Source: a virus. From it: a DNA stretch of 64,000 bases. The stretch lies in the IMG/VR virus record IMGVR_UViG_3300037307_000721. One strand, given 5' to 3'. The notes beneath the pieces are model-generated. The model was not told the DNA's origin and did not search any database. It worked only from the letters and a program-made list of their open reading frames with translations. A program made the position numbers and the translations under genes. Below, in pieces: positions 8,300 to 15,585 of the stretch. How positions within the stretch are numbered: position 1 is the first letter of the stretch; every line of letters starts with the position of its first letter.

Positions 8300-10332
8300 T
8301 GGCCTACCTGGTGCCCACCGTCCATCCGGCAGCGCTGCTTCGCGGCGGGCACCCGATTGCCGACGTCATTCGGATGGACCTCGCCAAGGCGCATCGGCTC
8401 ACCATGGAGCCACCGCGCCAGGTCGAGAACATCGTGGTCGTCCATCCGGCGAACCCCGCCGGCGTGACCGAGTCTGTGCGAATCGGGCTCGCCTGGCTCG
8501 AGCGATGGATTTCGCTCCGCTGTCCGGTCGCGGTCGACGTCGAGACCTCGAGCCTGAACTACTTCAACTGCAAGCTCTACTCCATCGCGCTCTCGGGCTG
8601 CGACGGCGAGAACACCGCTGTGGCCTTCACGCTGATGGACCTGCGGACTCTGCCCTGGGACGCCGAGCTTGCAATGCTGGACGCACTGCGCCGGCTGCTC
8701 GCGGACCCACAGATCGTCAAGCTCTTTCACAACGCGCCCTACGACTACGCGGTCCTGCATTGCAAGAACCTCCCGGTCCACGGCCCGATCGAAGACACGC
8801 AGGGCTTCGCGCACCTCTTCCAGCCGGATATTCCGAAGGACCTCGGCTTCATCGGCCACACCTGGCTCGACGTCGAGCCGTGGAAGCTCAACCACTCCGG
8901 CGAAAAGCAGGCCTACACCAAGGACGTGATCGAGCTCCTGGTCTACAACGCGAAGGACGCGCTCAACACGATGAAGCTCCGCGCCCCGTTGCTGGCTGCG
9001 CTCGCGGACAGATGCGGCTCGCCCGACGTGATCTTCTACCAGAACGCTTTCGCGCAGCTCGCCGCACGGATGGAGCTGGTCGGCCTACCCATGGACCTGG
9101 ACATTCGGCGCAAGGTGGGCGCCGAGCAGCTGGCCAGACTTGAGGAGCTCCGGTATCGCATGCGCGAGTACCTCAAGTGGCCCGACTTCAACCCGATGAA
9201 CAAGAACCACGCGGTCGCGGCGCTCTACGACAAGAAGTACGTCGGGCTGATGCCCACCGCCTGGACGCCCAAGACGAAGCAGCCCTCGACGAAGTACGAG
9301 CACATCATCGACCACATGGAGCACGTCTTCGTCAAGGACTTCGTCGAGTACGTGGAGTCGCACCACGCCTATGCGACCCAGTACCGCGAGGCTCCGGAGA
9401 AGTCGAGCGACCCCGGACCGGGCGCTTACACGCGCGCCATGCAGGAGGACGGCCGCCTGCACGCGAAGTGGAACCCGACCGGGCAGAAGGGCTCACGTTT
9501 CTCCAGCGAGCCCAACGTGCAGAACCAGCGCAAGAAGGATCGCGTCTTCTTTCGCGCACCCTATGGCCGCGTGTTCGTCGGGGCCGACAAGGACCAGCTC
9601 GAGCTTCGGCTGGCCGCCGTCCTCTCGGGCGTGCGTGAAATCCTCGATGAGGTCGCCAAGCCCGACGGCGACCCGCACCGTCTGGCCGCGATCAACATCT
9701 ACGGCAAGGGCTTTCTCGAGCGCTCGAAGGAAGAGCAGAAGCGCATGCGCGACGCGATCAAGACCACGGTCTATGCGTCGCTCTACCGCGCCGGCGTCAA
9801 GACGGTGCACAAGTCGATCCGGAAGAAGAAGTTCCTCGACCACGCACTGCGCGCCAGCCTGACCCTCGACGTCGTCGGCCACATCTACCACAGCTACTTC
9901 GGCAAGTACGTCGAGATCCCCGCGTGGCACGATCGGAACTACGACCTCGCCCAGACGCAGGGCTACCTGGAGATCCAGCCCCTCGGTCGACGCCGGTACT
10001 TTCCGGTCCAGCCGCCGCCCTACACCGAGGTGGCGAACTGGCCCATTCAGACCACGGGTTCGGACATCGTCGGCATGGAGATGGTGCTGGTGCAGGACGA
10101 GCTCGACCGCCGGTTCCACGGCGACGCGAGCATCGTCCTGCACGGCCATGACGCGCTCTACATCGAGTGCGCCGAGCGCCACGCCGAAGAAGTCTGCGGC
10201 ATCGTGAACCGGCTCTTCGGCGCGACGCGCGTCGAGGGCCCGGCTGGCCCGGTGCTGCTCACCGCCTCGGCCGAGATCTGCAAGGACCTCAAGTTCGACA
10301 AGAAGGATGTCTGGGTGCCAAAGGCAGCCTAG
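8299..10332 (+). CDS. polA: Family A DNA polymerase with 3'-5' exonuclease; N-terminus carries the UDG C-terminal fragment
   Basis: N-terminal PTVHPAALLR; Exo I DVET, Exo II HNAPYD, Exo III YNAKD; polymerase motifs PNVQN, DKDQLELR, RDAIKTTVY and HGHDA. Confidence 0.95.
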   Translation: MAYLVPTVHPAALLRGGHPIADVIRMDLAKAHRLTMEPPRQVENIVVVHPANPAGVTESVRIGLAWLERWISLRCPVAVDVETSSLNYFNCKLYSIALSGCDGENTAVAFTLMDLRTLPWDAELAMLDALRRLLADPQIVKLFHNAPYDYAVLHCKNLPVHGPIEDTQGFAHLFQPDIPKDLGFIGHTWLDVEPWKLNHSGEKQAYTKDVIELLVYNAKDALNTMKLRAPLLAALADRCGSPDVIFYQNAFAQLAARMELVGLPMDLDIRRKVGAEQLARLEELRYRMREYLKWPDFNPMNKNHAVAALYDKKYVGLMPTAWTPKTKQPSTKYEHIIDHMEHVFVKDFVEYVESHHAYATQYREAPEKSSDPGPGAYTRAMQEDGRLHAKWNPTGQKGSRFSSEPNVQNQRKKDRVFFRAPYGRVFVGADKDQLELRLAAVLSGVREILDEVAKPDGDPHRLAAINIYGKGFLERSKEEQKRMRDAIKTTVYASLYRAGVKTVHKSIRKKKFLDHALRASLTLDVVGHIYHSYFGKYVEIPAWHDRNYDLAQTQGYLEIQPLGRRRYFPVQPPPYTEVANWPIQTTGSDIVGMEMVLVQDELDRRFHGDASIVLHGHDALYIECAERHAEEVCGIVNRLFGATRVEGPAGPVLLTASAEICKDLKFDKKDVWVPKAA

Positions 10333-10342
10333 GGAGAGCGAC

Positions 10343-10621
10343 ATGCCGAAGTTCCAGGTGGGGATTGGAATTGAGCAGACGCGCAGCACGGTGATAGTCG
10401 CCGAGGTCGAGGCGGACAACCAGGACGCTGCAGAGCACAAGGCTGTCGAGTACGTGCGCGCGCTCACGCACCTGCCCTACGGTGGCGAGCTCTCGGCCCT
10501 CGGGCGGCACGTGGAGTGGGACGACGGCTTCTTTTCGGTGACGGGCATAGATCGCGAGGAGCCTTGGGGTGACGGCGACTACAGCACGGACATCGAAGTG
10601 CCAAAGGACTTCCTGAAATGA
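10343..10621 (+). CDS. Hypothetical protein
   Basis: ORF with GGAGAG RBS; VEVEADNQDAAEHKA-type small phage protein. Confidence 0.7.
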   Translation: MPKFQVGIGIEQTRSTVIVAEVEADNQDAAEHKAVEYVRALTHLPYGGELSALGRHVEWDDGFFSVTGIDREEPWGDGDYSTDIEVPKDFLK

Positions 10622-11322
10622 AGATCACGATGAAAAGACTGGAGGCCAAGGCCGAGCTTCGGCTCGGGCTCGTGGCCATCACCGAGGACGAGAAGCGCAT
10701 GCCCGTCGAGCAGTGGGTTGTGGGTGGCATGCTCACGCTGCCGAACGAGGGCGTTCTCAAGGGGCCGCCGGACACCCTGCGCTGGGAGGTGCGGCGACTG
10801 CTCCAACAGGTGCTCAAGGAGTTCGAGCGCCAGCTGCCCGAGCACAAGATGCAAGAGCTTGCCGTCGCACTCTTCACCGAACTGGCCCAGACAGGTATGG
10901 TATCCGTCCGGCCCTACCTGGGCTTGCAGGAGGTCTGCCAGCGTCTGTCGCACCTGCAGCCGTTTGCCCGCGCGGTCTCCGTGCCGGTGCAGGAAGCGCT
11001 GACCGCCATGCGAAAGCTGGGCACCGACCCCGACGCCTTGCAACTCGGCGAGCATGAGGCGCACGCCTGGATGCTCTTCAATCAGGCCTACGAGCCCCAG
11101 GCCGCGGCCCTCATGGGCCCGACGCACGATCGCGAGCAGCCACCCAGGTGGCTGCTTTGCGTTCTCGAGGACGAGCCCGACACCGTGCATGGCGTCTGCC
11201 TGCTCTGCGGCGCCGTCTTCGCGCGCGAGCTGAACGTCCTCGGCACGAAGGCCTGGAATCTACCCGAGCACAAGCGGCTGGACGAGGACGTCCCGTGCGA
11301 GGCTTCGGAGATCGCACGGTGA
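10618..11322 (+). CDS. Hypothetical protein with C-terminal Cys/His cluster
   Basis: 234-aa ORF, ATGA coupling, CLLCG...H...C. Confidence 0.75.
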   Translation: MKITMKRLEAKAELRLGLVAITEDEKRMPVEQWVVGGMLTLPNEGVLKGPPDTLRWEVRRLLQQVLKEFERQLPEHKMQELAVALFTELAQTGMVSVRPYLGLQEVCQRLSHLQPFARAVSVPVQEALTAMRKLGTDPDALQLGEHEAHAWMLFNQAYEPQAAALMGPTHDREQPPRWLLCVLEDEPDTVHGVCLLCGAVFARELNVLGTKAWNLPEHKRLDEDVPCEASEIAR

Positions 11323-11531
11323 ACAGCTTCCCACCAACGTGCGACTGGTGCGGTCGACCGCTCGAAACCTCGAGTGGCGTCTGCTTCGACTGCGGCACGC
11401 AGATGGTCTACATCTCGCCCAGCTGGACGTACGACAAGCACGGCAATGTGAAGAAAGACCCGGGTTGGTACGGTCCCGCCAAGTTCATGCCGGCCCGCTA
11501 CAGAACGAAGGAGAACCCATGTCTGGTTTGA
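11319..11531 (+). CDS. Small zinc-finger protein
   Basis: GTGA coupling; CDWC-x10-CFDC. Confidence 0.65.
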   Translation: MNSFPPTCDWCGRPLETSSGVCFDCGTQMVYISPSWTYDKHGNVKKDPGWYGPAKFMPARYRTKENPCLV

Positions 11532-12289
11532 TCATCAACGGGAAGACGGTCCAGGTCCCGGGACTGGAGATCGTCAACTACTACGACCATCCGGAGCTCA
11601 AGCTCCGCGCCGGCGAGGACATGCGCGAGCGGCACACGCGCTGGATCCGTTCGGTCTGCTGGCACAACACGAAGAACATTCCGACGGCGCTCAAGCCCGG
11701 CTGCGGCCCGAACACCGACCTCGAGCACCGCATCACGCGCTGGTGGTCGAAAGACGGCACGCACGCCGGCGCGCATCTCTGCGTGGACTGGGATCAGACG
11801 ATCGGTTGCATGGCCGACCTCCTCCAGGACGCGACCTACCACGCGAGCTCGCTCAACGAGGTGTCCATCGGCGGCGAGCTCTACGAGGACAGCAAGGGCG
11901 TCATCTACCAGGCGCAGATCTCGGCCGCGGTGCGCGCAACCATCTGGATGTGCCAACGCTTTGGCATCCAGAGGCAGATCCCCGCTCCGGGGCACAACGA
12001 TGTGATCGATCGGGTTCGGGAGGGAGGAGAGGACTGCGTCGGCGTGTTCGGCCACTGCCATCAGTACAGCGGCAAGCCCAACGACCCGGGCGTGCACATC
12101 TTCCAAGCCCTGGAGAAGGCTGGTTTCCGGGTATTCGACTTCCGCGCCGACGAGGACAAGGACTACTGGCGCGACCTTCAGCGCAAGCTCGGGCTCAAGC
12201 CGGATGGCATCCCAGGGCCCAAGACGCGCGACGCGCTCCAGGCCCGCGGCTTCGCCTACGGCTTGTACGACTGGCAAACGGCGCTCTGA
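11519..12289 (+). CDS. Endolysin: Amidase_2 N-acetylmuramoyl-L-alanine amidase with C-terminal PG-binding domain
   Basis: VCWHNT, AHLCVD, YHA, SIGGE, GHC..DPG; LQRKLGLKPDGIPGPKT PG_binding_1 motif. Confidence 0.88.
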   Translation: MSGLIINGKTVQVPGLEIVNYYDHPELKLRAGEDMRERHTRWIRSVCWHNTKNIPTALKPGCGPNTDLEHRITRWWSKDGTHAGAHLCVDWDQTIGCMADLLQDATYHASSLNEVSIGGELYEDSKGVIYQAQISAAVRATIWMCQRFGIQRQIPAPGHNDVIDRVREGGEDCVGVFGHCHQYSGKPNDPGVHIFQALEKAGFRVFDFRADEDKDYWRDLQRKLGLKPDGIPGPKTRDALQARGFAYGLYDWQTAL

Positions 12290-12510
12290 TGCGATTCGAG
12301 TTGATCGGCATGCACCTGAATCGACAGCCCATCGCTTTCGACGAAGGCGGTATGCCGTGCTGGTCTGCCTGGACTGAATGGCTCACGCGGCACCGGTCGA
12401 AGTTGACCCTGCTCGTGGCGGGGGCCAATGAGGTCACGCTCGATCATATCAACGTCACCGTGACCCTGGAGACGCCCAAAATACTGGGAAAAACTAGGCA
12501 TCCGCGCTAG
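12289..12510 (+). CDS. Hypothetical protein
   Basis: 73-aa ORF, TGATG-coupled to endolysin. Confidence 0.5.
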   Translation: MRFELIGMHLNRQPIAFDEGGMPCWSAWTEWLTRHRSKLTLLVAGANEVTLDHINVTVTLETPKILGKTRHPR

Positions 12511-12535
12511 ACTGCGGCCGGACGGAGGTGCCACC

Positions 12536-13186
12536 ATGGCCATCAAAGATTGGTCGACCAATTACCCAACCGAGCAGGACGTGCTGGCCACGGTGCAGCC
12601 CGACCTGCAAGACGACGTCGACAACACGCGCGTCACGCACATTCACACCGTGCGCAACAAGGTGCAGCAGGTCGCGCTCCAGGTTGGCGATGAGAACGAC
12701 CTGCCGGCCGGCTGCCTGCGCGAGCGCGTGCAGGCGCTCGAAGACGCCGGCGGTGGGGGCAGCGACCGCTACCTGGTCTGGCATGAGGACACGCACTACT
12801 TCGAGGCCGGCATCAGCTTCGTCACGCAGCTGACCAGGCGCATCGTCCGCGATTCCAACAAGCCCCCGCTCCTCTGGCGGATCGTCATCGGCCTGTGGAA
12901 CGAAGGCTCCTACGGTGGTCGCGCCCAAGCTCTCCTGAAGATCGGAGACCTCGGCGAGACGCCGCACTACGACTCGGTCGTCATCTACTCGGACCTGAGC
13001 TTCAGCGAGGCCGTCTACTCGACGACGCTGCTGCCGACCGATCCGGACAACGAGCCCCAGGACACGGTGCTCGACATCGCCATCGACTTGCGCTGCGACA
13101 CCTCGGGCGACACGGCCCACATGCAGTACATGGACCTCTACGCCCTGACCGCTTTGCCGCCGACACCCCCGCCGGGACCCGGCTAG
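12536..13186 (+). CDS. Orphan tail/receptor-binding-like protein, paralogue of 45207..45842
   Basis: First 68 aa are 44/68 identical to the tail-cluster gene; beta-rich C-terminal domain differs. Confidence 0.8.
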   Translation: MAIKDWSTNYPTEQDVLATVQPDLQDDVDNTRVTHIHTVRNKVQQVALQVGDENDLPAGCLRERVQALEDAGGGGSDRYLVWHEDTHYFEAGISFVTQLTRRIVRDSNKPPLLWRIVIGLWNEGSYGGRAQALLKIGDLGETPHYDSVVIYSDLSFSEAVYSTTLLPTDPDNEPQDTVLDIAIDLRCDTSGDTAHMQYMDLYALTALPPTPPPGPG

Positions 13187-13196
13187 GAGCAGCCCC

Positions 13197-14036
13197 GTGG
13201 ACGTCGCCACCCTCTTCGATCGCAACCACCTCGTCGAGGGCTTGGTCTGCGTCGAGGCAGCGCTTCGACAGGGCGCCGAGCTCGTGCACGTGCTCTGCCT
13301 CGACGCCACGACCGAGGGCAAGCTGTTCGAGGTTGGCCTCGACCAGCTTCTTCTCATCCCACTCAAGGACGTCGAGAACTTCTTTCCCCGGCTTTCGCCG
13401 CTGCGCAACGAACGCGACTGGCCGAGCTACACCGACACCCTCAAGCCATTCTTCGCTGGCTACCTCCTCGAGTTCTTCGGGGCCGAGAGCGTGACTATGG
13501 TGGACTCCGACGTGTACTTCTGGGGTCCGGTCGAGGAGATCGGTTTCGTCATGCGCGATCAGCGCGCCAACCTGCTCGTGATCGACCGCGAGTACGAGCC
13601 CCCACTTCCAGCCGGCTACTACAACAACGGCTTCGTGGCGATGAACGAGGGCGGGTTGCCTTTCCTCCACTGGTGGCAGGAGCGCTGCATGGAGCGCTGC
13701 GAGTGGATGACCAAGGGCCCCAACGGCGAGTTCGGCGGCGAGGGCTACCTGGACGCCATCCGCGCCGGTACATTCAGCGGAGCCCGCGGTGTCAAGCACC
13801 CCGGGCTCAACCTGGGACCCTGGAACGCGCGCTTCCACGAGGTGACGGCCAGCGGTACCGGGCTCCTCGTCGATGGCCAGAATCCTCTCATCTGCTACCA
13901 CTACCGCGGTTTTCAGGACCATGATCAACCCTTCGACGAACAGGCGCCAGGGCCAGCCTGGGCGAAGGAGCTCCTGCATCGGCCCTACTACGAGAAGCTT
14001 CGCCACGCGGCGGAGCGTTTGGAGCGACGGCCGTGA
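13197..14036 (+). CDS. GT-A fold glycosyltransferase (GT8/nucleotide-diphospho-sugar transferase-like)
   Basis: TLFDRNHL, TLKP, VDSDVYF (DxD), YNNGF, WWQERC, HPGLNLGPWN and CYHY motifs. Confidence 0.85.
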   Translation: MDVATLFDRNHLVEGLVCVEAALRQGAELVHVLCLDATTEGKLFEVGLDQLLLIPLKDVENFFPRLSPLRNERDWPSYTDTLKPFFAGYLLEFFGAESVTMVDSDVYFWGPVEEIGFVMRDQRANLLVIDREYEPPLPAGYYNNGFVAMNEGGLPFLHWWQERCMERCEWMTKGPNGEFGGEGYLDAIRAGTFSGARGVKHPGLNLGPWNARFHEVTASGTGLLVDGQNPLICYHYRGFQDHDQPFDEQAPGPAWAKELLHRPYYEKLRHAAERLERRP

Positions 14037-14058
14037 GCCGCCTCCCGAGGTATAGAGC

Positions 14059-14682
14059 ATGCACGTCCCCGGTCGAAAGGACCTGTTCGAACGCGCCAGG
14101 TCGGCGTTCGGCGCAACAGTCACAGCGATAGAGACGTACCGGCAGGCGCAGGCTGGGGTGCTCCAGAACCCAGGCTTGCCAGTGAACGACGCCACGCTGC
14201 AGGCGTTCTACGAGAGCTACGTCGGCTACCGCCAGGACGTGTTCGTCGCCCTGCAGACCGACATCGCCGCTGTCGACCAGCTGTTCGCCGAGATCGTGCA
14301 GGCCATCCAGGCGACGCACGGCCAGCAACCGCCGCCCCCTGGGGAGGCCTTGCAGATCCCCGTCTCCACGCCCGAGAAGACCTACGTGCTGCGCACGTCG
14401 CACCCAACGCCGGAGAAGGAGAAGAAGCGAAGGGCCGCGCCCACACCGGCCGAAACCACTGGCAGCGGAGACTGGGAGCAGGCGCTGCAGACCATCGCCG
14501 ACACGCTGGAGCTGCTGGACCAGCTCCCCGAGGAGGCCGAGGACTTCACCTCCAGCGTGACCGAGAAGCTCACCAACATGCGGTCCTGGATCGAATCCAG
14601 GGGGCGCGTGACACCCAAGATGGAGTCAGCCATCGAGAACATGCACCGCGGCGCGCTCAAGTGGCTCGAGCGTGACGACTGA
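14059..14682 (+). CDS. Hypothetical two-domain helical protein
   Basis: 207-aa ORF with GAGGT RBS, high GC3. Confidence 0.75.
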   Translation: MHVPGRKDLFERARSAFGATVTAIETYRQAQAGVLQNPGLPVNDATLQAFYESYVGYRQDVFVALQTDIAAVDQLFAEIVQAIQATHGQQPPPPGEALQIPVSTPEKTYVLRTSHPTPEKEKKRRAAPTPAETTGSGDWEQALQTIADTLELLDQLPEEAEDFTSSVTEKLTNMRSWIESRGRVTPKMESAIENMHRGALKWLERDD

Positions 14683-14715
14683 AGACGCCCCGGCGCGGGG
14701 CGCACGGAGGTACAG

Positions 14716-15585
14716 ATGAGTCGAGTCTATTTCCACAGCCCGTCCGGCGAGGCGGAGCTCCGCGGCGCGGAGCGACACCACATGGCCTGGTTCAGCACCC
14801 ACCTCACCTGGCCTATCATCGAGCGCTTCGCGGAGAATCGCTGGGGCGAACGCGGCACGCCGCCGCACCTGCTCAAGATCATCCCGCGCGAGAGCTACCT
14901 GCACGGGACAGAGCCGGAAGCACTCAGTCGCCTGGATGCCTTCCGCACCTGGTTCAACGTCTCGATGGACGAGAAGAACGATCACTTTCTCATCGACGGC
15001 AAGAAGCTGCGCCTGTTCCCCCTGCAGCTCAACACGCTCTACAAGATGGGCGACGACCCGCTCAAGCTCGCCGCGCGTCTTCACGCCCAGTGCGAAATTC
15101 ACACCTGGGTCGACGGACCGAATCGCGAATGGCTCGCGGAGATCATCGAGTACGGCCTGCAGACCAACATCTTCCGCCCAGGCATGGATTGGGACGAGGT
15201 GGTGGCACTCCTGCGCTCGCGGGCCGACGAACCCGTCGTCACCTCCTACTCGGTCTGTGAGCGGTTCCCTAACGCGCGCGTGGCGGGCTGGATGCAACGC
15301 CCCGAGATCCAGGCTCGACTCAAGCAGGAGCCGGACGACGACAACGAGGACATGCTCTACGAGGAGTGGTACTCCGTCCCCGACGAACAGCGCTGGGAGA
15401 TGGCCATGGCTCGCCTTCGTACCGGCGAGGCTGGAGCCGGCCTCGAGCTCAAGCCGGACGACTGGGATGAGTACTACTTCAACGAGGGGTTGACTCTCTT
15501 CGACGTGGCTGCGCATCTCGACAAGCTGGTCGACGCGGAGCGCGAGGCGAAGAAGGGCCCACAGGAGCTTGCTGCCCATGTCTGA
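14716..15585 (+). CDS. Hypothetical protein
   Basis: 289-aa ORF with GGAGGT RBS. Confidence 0.8.
   Translation: MSRVYFHSPSGEAELRGAERHHMAWFSTHLTWPIIERFAENRWGERGTPPHLLKIIPRESYLHGTEPEALSRLDAFRTWFNVSMDEKNDHFLIDGKKLRLFPLQLNTLYKMGDDPLKLAARLHAQCEIHTWVDGPNREWLAEIIEYGLQTNIFRPGMDWDEVVALLRSRADEPVVTSYSVCERFPNARVAGWMQRPEIQARLKQEPDDDNEDMLYEEWYSVPDEQRWEMAMARLRTGEAGAGLELKPDDWDEYYFNEGLTLFDVAAHLDKLVDAEREAKKGPQELAAHV

Noticed and set aside
7950-8320. Split intein or intron explaining the broken UDG
   Set aside because: No intein splice residues (N-terminal Cys/Ser block, His-Asn-Cys) and no recognisable intron or homing endonuclease; the insert is a compact coupled ORF
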